Translations under genes and position numbers: made by a program
The notes under the pieces: model-generated
Seen by the model: the letters and a program-made list of their open reading frames with translations, nothing else
Told to the model about the DNA's origin: nothing
Databases searched by the model: none
Part shown: positions 53,975 through 64,000 of the stretch, in pieces
Numbering within the stretch: the stretch's first letter is position 1
Layout: the number at the start of each line of letters is the position of its first letter
Assembly (NCBI RefSeq): GCF_964355755.1
Contig: NC_092671.1
Coordinates: forward strand, 6,138,001 to 6,202,000
DNA: 64,000 nucleotides
Direction: 5' to 3'
DNA from: Antedon mediterranea
Taxonomy: Eukaryota > Animalia > Echinodermata

Positions 53975-55767
53975 GACATTTAAACAAATCTTCATGTTTT
54001 TCTCAAGAGTTAAAGAACATTATTTAATTATCGCAACAATTTAGGGCTGTGAAACTTTATAATACCTATGATCTAACACCTTTAATTTATTATCACCTGT
54101 GGTGTGTTTTTAGGTTGATGTCAAGGTTGGGTTAGACTTAATTTAATCTCAGCATCCAATTAATTAGGTTGATTTGCGTTTGCACGTGTTACTTAATAAG
54201 AACACACATGTGCAAGGGGTCAAGAAAGATGACCCTTACTAATATGTGTGTACATACAGTACATACATTACTGTAAATAGGGCATGGTCAAAGGTCAGGA
54301 GACACAAATAATATAATGGGGCCTAATTGTTGTTGACTGTGATTGTAAAGGAGGATGAAAAATTGTGATAATAAAGGATGGTTATAAAAAAATAAAATAG
54401 TTAAAGATAGTTAAACTGCACAACAGTGATAAACAACATTAAAAACAGAAGGCAAAATTGTCTGTAAAATTTATCCAAAATTGATTATACAAAAGATTAC
54501 AAACTGTAAAATTATTCCAAAATTGATTTTACAAAGATTAAAAAATGAAGGAGATTACAAAATGAAGGAAGATTTTTTAAAATCTTATTAAATTTTGATT
54601 GTATACAACATGCAATGAACTTCTCACCTTATGGTACATCTGTATGTCATCATTTATACGTAGAATGTCCATACTGAAAGCAAGTGTTGTAATTAATTAA
54701 ATTTATTTTCTATTCAAATTCAAAATCCTGTTTACATTGTAATACTGTATAAAATTAGATGTATCTTTTAAGTAAGATCAAAACTTTTTTGAGCGATTTA
54801 GCATTTTCAGTCCTCTATAAGTAGGCCTACTGTAATAATAATAATATCTAATATCTAACTTATAAAGTTTATATTTGTATAGTTTAACCACAGAACAAAT
54901 AATTTGTATCCGTTCAAATAGCTTAAAACAAATTCAAACAAATTTATTCTACTAAAATAATTCTAAATTGTCGTTATTAATAACAATAATAATTAATATA
55001 GTATTAATTATCCTAGAAATTTTAAATTATACTATACTACTAATTATTCTATTATAGTCAGTGCGCCCTCTAGAGATGAGAATTTATCTTTATGGTATGC
55101 TAACTGTGATTATAAATTGCTCGTTAACATAACTTTTTCAGTTGTTCTTCTTCCTTGATTAAAATGTAATGTTACATTACATTATGCTCTGTAGTATATG
55201 TTTTACTACATTTAATTGGTCTTTAGATAAATTTGCAAGTTGCAACAAATAAATTCACTTGTATTTACAGTTACACAGTAGGATCAATGAATGAAAGTTT
55301 TTAACTTAATTAATTACATACTTCAAAGTTAATTAAGATTGTAAATGATAGTAATTTAGATACTGTATACTTATTGGTCATCTGCTCAGTTCATAGGTTA
55401 ACTATACGACGGTCTGACCCCACAGACCCCCTATAGGTGACCAATTCCATCTCATTTGTACTTGCGTGCGTTTTTTCATTGCTTTGGTATGCATGTGGTA
55501 TAGTAGTTATCTGTACTTTGATACTCGTTCTTTGAGCATGGCATGTAATGGAATGGTCGGAATGAATGAACGCTGGATCGAGCCTTCCTTGTCGCCCGCA
55601 AGGCCCACATCATCTGTAAGTTGACAGATAGAAAATTTGTACTTTCTTTTGTTGTTAAACGTACTTCTTACATTTATTAATTAGCCTAATTCTTTTTTGA
55701 TAAGATGTGATACCATTACTTTTATATACTATATATTCTGATTAACAGTATAATTCAGTATACACGA

Positions 55768-55925
55768 TTCTGTCTCCACTGTCAAACTAATTTAGACAAA
55801 AAATTATGAGCCCAAATATGGTAGTGATATGCTTAAATATAGTAGTGATATGACATCATGTTGATATATGGCCACATCACATTTTTCTTTGTCACATAAA
55901 GTTTGATAGTGTAGATGGAGCTTAA
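55768..55925 (+). mobile_element. MITE family A, diverged
   Basis: Degenerate TIRs and family body. Confidence 0.8.
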
Positions 55926-56268
55926 GATTATATACATTAATAATGTAATTTGAAGACTTTTGTCAATATTTGTTAAATTATTAATTATACTTCATATTAT
56001 TATAAATTATATTAAACATAAACAACTTTTGCATGAATACACAAACAAATTTAGTGATCTATTCTTAGTTACTCATAATTGGTAGGAAATCAAATAGGTT
56101 TGAATGAACATTATCTTGTTTACTATTATATTGTTGGCTATTCTGTCCGGGTATCTAAATAAAGTAGCTAGAAAAGTCTAGAGGGTGTGGGTATCAAAGG
56201 GGTATTTTCAGATACCCAAAGTATTCTTATGTTGATGCTGTGGTGATATTAGGCAACACAAAAGACCT

Positions 56269-56412
56269 TAAAGCTATATCTACACTATAAAAATTTGATG
56301 TGCCCATATACTGTAGGGGCAGGATAATATCATATTACTACCATATTTGGGCGTATCACTACCATATTTCGGCACATCACACTTTTTTTGTCAAACTAGT
56401 GACAAAGCTTAA
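56269..56412 (-). mobile_element. MITE family A (reverse, diverged) carrying a CTGTA insertion
   Basis: Family body; TAA on both flanks. Confidence 0.8.
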
Positions 56413-57252
56413 AATACACCTTTTCGTATCGTTACCCACTTCCTCCCAGCATAATTACGTGTTAGTATCTTTGATGCTCATCACTTTAATGATTCTATGG
56501 ACACCTTCTCTCTATTGAAGCCTGGCAATTACCACTTCTGATCAGTCCAGTAATGAGCAGTATTATTTACTTTGAGAGATATTTAAAGGTTAAATTAATT
56601 AAATATGTTTATGAATTCTAAATATAAAATTTCAAATAAATTAACATTTCTGCAATAATTTTTCTAGGTAATAAATGAGTATAAAATAATTATGAATAAA
56701 AAAAATCTTTGAAAACTATAACCAGTTAATTGTATTGGTTTCTTAAATTAAAACATAATTTGAGACTGTTGATAAGGAACCACTTATAAATGTAGTCTTT
56801 CTGTAGAACTACTATACATTCATTAATATATTGATGCACAAATTTAATAAATTTTATTTTATTACTAGGTACATTTTAAAACAAGTTTCTTACAAAAACA
56901 CATCCAATTAATTGCATGACAAAAAGATTTTATTGATCGTTAATAAAAAGGGCTTTTACTTTTTTTAAATTATTGAATGTCTAATAGTATGTGACTATCA
57001 ATATAATAAATATACATTAGTAAAGTAGTATGGGTTGAGTTCTACTTTAGTCGGTCATACATAAAGGGACAATTATGTACATAGGTAATTTAGCAAATAC
57101 TATTTATTTTCTTGATGGTTATGAGAAAAATAATACCTGTTATAATTTTGAAAGCATAAGAAATTGAAAGTTTAAAAGTAGGCCATACTTTATGTTCAGA
57201 ATTGTCCCAGTTCATAAAGTGAAGAAGCAAAACTGGGCTTCTTTTTCTTTTA

Positions 57253-57445
57253 TTAAGCTCTGTCTACACTTTCAAACTTTATGTGACAAAAACATTTGAT
57301 GTGCCCATACAGTATATGGGCATGATGATGTCAGATCACCACCATATATTGGGCATATCACCACCATATTTGGGTATATCACTACCATATTTTGCCACAT
57401 CACACTTTTTTGTCAAACTAGTTTGATAGTGTAGACAGAGCTTTA
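57253..57445 (-). mobile_element. MITE family A (reverse, extra internal subrepeat) carrying a CAGTA insertion
   Basis: Near-perfect TIRs; TTA TSD. Confidence 0.9.
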
Positions 57446-60400
57446 GACATGATGCAGATGCATTGGCCTTTAAACCACGATGTTCCTAGTTCAAATCCCA
57501 TTTGAGTGTGCTTATTATACTACTTTAGTTTCCATTACAGTAGCGTGCCATAGACTACGATTTAATAGCAGACATCAGTCGTTCATCATCAGATGATACT
57601 GTTTGATATTGTATACCCTTCAGCACCACACATCTGTATTGAGAGGAGTTTACAATGTTTTATTCAAATGTATTGTTGTCATAATACTTTGCCAATGCAG
57701 CATGTACACTTAATTTGAAATTGTGAAAATGTAACATTTCCTCTGGCTAAGACTATGGTAAATAACTTGAAATTTATTCCATTAAATCAGTCAAAATGCC
57801 TGTTTTTACATTAAAGTACTTTGTAAATGTACTCTGCTTATCCCTGCTGGTAAACTATAGTCTCATAAAAATACATCATTCTTACTTTAAAGTAAACTTA
57901 AAGCATAATTGTATAGAAGAATCATCTATTATTTTCATTTATATGTGCTACAAAAGCATAAAATTAAACTTTACTTTGATTGCTAGTAGTAGCACAGGAG
58001 ACCTCTTCTGAAACAAGCATTCCAGTTTCAAGGGTTACCCCCCTGCTATGTCACATTTTGTTTATTGTAATTCTAAGATATATTGAGTTTGTCTTGTGTT
58101 ATAATGTTTTGTTCTACGACATAGCAATAAATATACAAACAAACAAACATCATTGCCAAATATCTTCAATAGAATTATTATTATTATTATTAAACTTGAA
58201 TACCCCAATATTAAGGTATTTATTTTTCATGGGCACGCTCAGCACAAGTACTGATTGGCCGGACTTTCCCAAAGAACTTTCCCAGTATGCAGATCATAGT
58301 AGGCACTGCAATGCAATTGTTCTGGGTCTGTAGAGGGCCTATTCCAAATTTGATGAACTGACAACAAATATTAATACATTTAAATAGAAGTAAAATTGTT
58401 TAAGAAATGTGCGGACAAGTTTATTTTGTAACGACTTATCATTTCTTTACTTACCAATAATAAAATGTTAAAGGCCTATGTGTATTGTTACAAGCAAAAT
58501 GCAATCTAAGAGATAATTTTATACTTTCAAACTAAACTTTCTATTCAAGATTAATACTACTCTGTCTTGTAATAAGCAAGTAAAGCTAAATTGCAACACA
58601 TGACGATGAGACAGAAACTACAGTAGATGAAAAATAAGTTTACTGATCGTGTGCACGCCATCTCTGTCGACAAATTATCCACAACTTGAAATTGATCTTA
58701 ACTAACTCGGAACTTGTAAATTAAGTGAACACATATAAGACATGTGTAAACTTAGCATGTGGCAAAAGTAATTTGATTTGATTTTTTTGTTCGACGACAT
58801 ACTGTAAAATCCAATGCGTTTTAATCCTATTTCAAACACATGTTAGCTTGAAACTTTAATCGAAGAAATACTGTAATTATCACGTACGTAGTGATCTATG
58901 TTAGAGTGAGAAAGTTTTTTTTTTTAAAGATTTTTGTGTTTTGATCGTAGAATTTCAGCCAAGATTGATCAATTGAACAAAGTATATAAATTTACTACAG
59001 GAAGAGAGAAACTCTATCCGCCAATTGTAGAAATTGAACGTTTTGCAATTTTTCAAATAATTAGAATCAACTATGGACTTGTTTAAGTAAGATGTCGTTT
59101 TAAGCAATGTCATGGATAATATTACAAAACTTTTGAAAATTTAAATAAACATAGTTTTTAATAAATTGTAAAGAAATAAGAAATTTTGTTGTGATAAATT
59201 TCTGATTTAATATAACGGCAGTATAAAGTTTGGTTCTGAAGCTAGCAGTTTGGCAAAATAATTTGTGATGCCCTCCCTCAATACAACGCTGCTATGGGCA
59301 TTGTTTGGAACCGGATTCTTAACTTAAAGCTCAGGTACAGGCATGAATTCTAAATATAATATCTGGTTAATTGTACATAAATAAAATATTTGTAACAGAA
59401 ATCAAGATAAAAACATGAATTTCCCTTAATATGGTCAAATACAAAATTTGGCATAATTCTGCCATAAAAACCAGGAAGACTTTTTTTTAGTAGTTAGGTA
59501 GTTTAACCTAATGTAATAACATGTCTGGTGACTCCCTAGAAGGTGAAAAAAGATGGTGGATACACGGTGGATAATTTTTGCTATAGCATGAAAATAAAAA
59601 TCTGAAGTTGAATAAAAATACCAGAAATGTAAAATTCAAGTTATATTACCTATATTTAGTCATCTGATAACATTTTTTACCACACCGTTTATTTTTCATA
59701 GCTTTTTAAAATGCCTCTCTATTTACAAAATCTGTGTACAAAAGAATAGAGATTTTACTGTGTAATTTTAACTATCTGATAAGAAAGTGCTTATTTTCAA
59801 TAAGCTCGTGTAACACAAATAAAATCCCAAAACATTATGAAACATAGGGGAAACTATAGATCGATAATTATTGGAATGTATGATCAATAGACATTTTTTG
59901 CCCGCACCTGGCCTTTAAAGTAGAAAAATGCCTTTTATACTCCTTGTTTTGTACAAAAAGAAACATCACATAAATGTGATTAGCCTTTAGACTTAATTAT
60001 ATACAGTATATAATATATTTAATTAATATTGATGCCGCTGAAACACCATCAAATAAATTGTTATTGAAAAAGGAGAGAATATAACTCAGCAATATGAAGG
60101 TGCAGATTAGTATTTGTAATATATTGGTATGCAGTACAACCATCACCAAATTACTAAGCTAATAACTACACTTGAAATGAATAGGTAATTAGCTGTAATT
60201 ATGTTTTCATTAACGAGAAATCCACTTAACATCCCCGAGAAATCAATAATCAAGAGCGAGTTAGTGGGCTTCCTGCTATGTAACAGTATTTTTGTGATGA
60301 TGAAAATTAAATGCAGTTTTCTTTCTTTTAATTTTATAAAATGTAAATATGTGGGAATAACCTGTGTTTCGCAGCTTACCGTACCTTGGCTGAAGGTGTG

Positions 60401-60639
60401 GACAATGTATACAGCAATCATGTCTTACAGCTTTCATTAAACGACGCTGATTCGAGATGGACTAGTATACCGGGGTAACATAATACTCTTCGAAAATATG
60501 CACTGGGAATAGAGAAGTACTCATGTGCCACAAGTGTATACCGGACCTCCAATTTGAAGTCATTATCTTAGAGGACTTTAAAGAGTAATAGACTATAGAC
60601 TTTAAGAGGACGATGATGTGTTCACTTCTTGAACAGCCT

Positions 60640-60831
60640 GCATAACCTGTTTTAATTGAAATTGTTTATGGCATGCCAATCTATGTTTTATATATATATA
60701 TTTATATATTTTATCTGTATTGTATTGTTAACCGTTTTTGATGTTGTATTGTTTTATGTTTCAAACCTGTTAGTGGCGGTATTTATCGCTGTTGGTTTTG
60801 ATTGAATAAAATAAATAAAAAATAAATAAAT
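60640..60831 (+). mobile_element. Probable LINE 3' UTR and tail remnant
   Basis: T-rich tract ending in GAATAAAATAAATAAAAAATAAATAAAT; a similar structure lies at ~27910-28118. Confidence 0.4.
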
Positions 60832-61792
60832 ATAGAGAAGTGAAAAAAAAATAGCCTATTTTATGGCACTGATTGGTAGGCCTACATCCTCTAAATATAC
60901 TGGAATACAACCTGTAAATTAGACGAATTGAATCACCGGCTAGACCCTCATTTTAAGTTCTAAGTCATCGCAAAGATTACCAATACGGTCTTGATTCACA
61001 CCCCTGTCACAATATACAATTAATAGTTACCTCACATTTTACCCTTAAGCTTGTATGTGACAGTAGTTATTAAAGTTTTCTTGTTCAAAGATTAGATATA
61101 AAGGAATATGTTTGTCAGTCTCAAAATTGAAAACTTTAATATAAATGTCAATACTAGAACCAGGTCAGTGTTTTCATCATTCCTAAGTCATCATAACAAT
61201 TGATTATATAATTTTTCCTTCATACAGGATTATCGCCCAAGGGATATTAAAGGAATGGTATCTTGTAGACAAATGTCTGTCTACAAGATTACATGTAAGA
61301 GTTTTGATGTTGTTAAATTATTATTTTTTTGAATTATCATAGTTGTATCTTGTTTGTGCAGTTATGTCTTATACAGAAAATAAGATTTATTTAGATAATT
61401 ATAATGAATTATGTGAAAATATATAGAATGGAAAAACATGGACTTTCTTTCATTTCATGTTGTGTTTAGTTTTATTAATTAATAATTAAATGATATATTA
61501 TTAAGGACTAAAAAATTGTTTCCAAATCATTTTAATTGAAAAACACTTTCGGTTAGTCAGATTTTTATTGTTTTTTTAAGCTGATTTTGTGTTTATAAAC
61601 TACCGTATGTAGGCTTGCTAAAAAAATACACTGGCCAAAATCTCAGACAATAGAAAATAGAGGGTGCTACAGTAGTGCCTAGTATATATTTGTACTGAAG
61701 TATGTTTTTAACCAGTCAATACAATACTACTACTACTTTAAAAGAAATGGAAATAAACAATGGAAATTCCCAAACAATTTTAAACTGTTCTC

Positions 61793-61932
61793 TAAAGCTC
61801 TGTCTACACTACTACACTACAAAAAAAGTGTGATATGCTCAAATATGGTAGTAATATGACATCATCATGTCCTTATATGGGCACATCGTATTTTGTTGTC
61901 ACATAAAGTTTGATAGCGTGGACAGAGCTTTA
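61793..61932 (+). mobile_element. MITE family A
   Basis: Both TIRs and family body. Confidence 0.85.
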
Positions 61933-62819
61933 TACTTTAGATACTTGTATTATATGATTTTTTTCACGACGACAGACATTTGTACAATATACCTATCCAC
62001 ACTATGGGTTTATCACTTTGACAGAGACTTTGTTGATTAATCCGTAGGCTATGCAGAAGGTACCAGATCAATGGATGACACTCTAGTAATCGTTGCAAAG
62101 TGAAAGAACTTGGCAACGATAACACTTTGATTGTCTCTCGTTTACGTTTCCCTTTGAGTCCTTTATGGCATTAATTCTATTAATTACACAAGTCATAATT
62201 AGATCAGTAGAGCCGGATAATTTGTATAATTCCAACTAAACTGATGAAAACAAAATGTTTGAGATTATTTGGGAATAGGATATGGCATATTATTAAAGAA
62301 AACAAATAAATTATGTAATAAATAAATTATGTAAAGTAATATAATATGTAGTATTATTTCATTACATTGATAATTAGAATTAATTTATTTGTTTATTATT
62401 AAATACAGTATATTTATATTTTATGATTAATCTCTGTACTATATGTATTTTCTGTATTACAGTTAATAATTTATGATATATTTTGTCGCCAATGAATTAT
62501 AACCAGTAAAATGATACAATAGATAAAAAAAAACTAAAAGTAGATACAGACTTAATTTAATGAATGAATAAAACTTGAAAATGTATGTTTAAAATTGAAA
62601 TTGAACCTGACATACATGGCAATACACAAAAAATGAAGTTATTAACAACAGTATAGAAATGGCAATAAAGCGAACTAAGCACTATAAAAAAAATCACCTT
62701 TAACAGAAATAAAATTAATTATATCTATAAATTTAAGAAGGAATAAATTATTAAGGCGATAGAATAGTTTCTGAGAAATTTGATTTCAAATTCATGGAAA
62801 TTCTCAGAAAGAAAAATAT

Positions 62820-63437
62820 CACCGTTAAGATTGAAAAGAAAGAGGGAAGCTTGTAAAGAAACAGTGAAGATTGAATAGAAAAAGTGAAGCTTGTAAAGAA
62901 ACAGTGAAGATTAAATAGAAACAGTGAAGATTGAATAGAAACAGTGAAGATTAAATAGAAACAGTGAAGATTGAATAGAAACAGTGAAGATTGAATAGAA
63001 ACAGTGAAGATTAAATAGAAACAGTGAAGATTAAATAGAAACAGTGAAGATTGAATAGAAACAATGAAGATTGAATAGAAACAGTGAAGATTGAATAGAA
63101 ACAGTGAAGATTGAATAGAAACAGTGAAGATTGAATAGAAACAGTGAAGATTGAATAGAAACAGTGAAGATTAAATAGAAACAGCGACAATTAGATTGAA
63201 AGAATCAGTGAAGATTGAAAGATAAAGCCAAGATTGAAAAGAAACAGTGAAGATTGAAAAGAAACAGTGAAGATTGAAAAGAAACAGTAAGAGTGAAAGA
63301 AACCGTGAAGATTGAAAAGAAAAGAAACCGTGGAGATTGAAAGAATCAGTGGAGATTGGAAGAATCAGTGGAGATTGGAAGAATCAGTGGAGATAGAAAG
63401 AATCAGTGGAGATTGAAAGATAAAGCGAAGATTGAAG
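62820..63437. repeat. Purine-rich minisatellite, 20-bp unit (AAACAGTGAAGATTGAATAG), ~30 copies with degenerate ends
   Basis: Directly visible. Confidence 0.95.
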
Positions 63438-63787
63438 TCTTATTTTTAAATAAATAAATAGTAAATAGGAAAAACGACATCCAAATCAATAATACAAAGT
63501 AACTTCATGTTTTGGTTGTATGGTAGGTATTAGGATGATGTATTGTGAATTTCTAGGGGCAATTTGTGCAGCTGCTAAAGTCTAAATTGCCTTTAGCTAC
63601 TTAAACTTTAGCTATTTAAACTTTATACTTTGTATTGTAATTCTTGTTATAATTGGATTGTTATATTTACTATAAAATCTTTTACAGAAAAATTCTTACA
63701 CAGTATTAGTAGCTTCACCTCCCTGGTGCAAACTTCCCCCTTAAACAGAACATTGAATCAAGTTTAGTTTAGGGGTTGGGCTTGTAC

Positions 63788-63944
63788 TAAAGTCTGTCTA
63801 CACAACAAACTTTATGTGACAAAATAATGTGATGTGCCCATATATGGACATTCATATAACTACCATATTTGAGCATATCACTACTATATTTAGGCACATC
63901 ACACTTTTCTGTCAAACTAGTTTGATGGTATAGACGGAGCTTAA
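63788..63944 (-). mobile_element. MITE family A (reverse)
   Basis: Both TIRs (degenerate); TAA TSD. Confidence 0.85.
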
Positions 63945-64000
63945 AAAACCAGAACCAACAATATATTTAGTGCTTATATTCGATTCATAAATGTAATGAC

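Noticed and set aside
2529-56518. Short ORFs with similar peptides (LCLHYQT, CDVPKYGSDM) at 2529, 7093, 20122, 28960 and 56300
   Set aside because: All are translations of the non-coding MITE family A, not a protein family.

Overview
AT-rich eukaryotic (animal) genomic DNA. Deu-domain SINEs and L2 LINEs suggest a marine invertebrate, possibly an echinoderm; the taxon is inference. The first 14 kb holds two spliced genes arranged head-to-head around a short shared promoter. One is an EFCAB6-like multi-EF-hand gene on the minus strand (18 coding exons traced by hand, including one GC-AG intron). The other is a small acidic protein (SMAP/C11orf58-like) gene on the plus strand with a Lys/Ser repeat tail. 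The remaining 50 kb has no confidently identifiable host coding exon and may be intergenic DNA or the 5' introns of a large gene. Repeats across the window include 16 copies of a PIF/Harbinger-type MITE, two near-identical Kolobok-like elements, L2 LINE 3' ends, SINEs and several tandem arrays. The most notable signal is a strong excess of TACAGTA/TACTGTA, the Tc1/mariner excision footprint. Three MITE copies show it as a clean 5-bp insertion at a TA site. No prokaryote-type system (CRISPR, operon) is present, and most ORFs in the supplied track are spurious.
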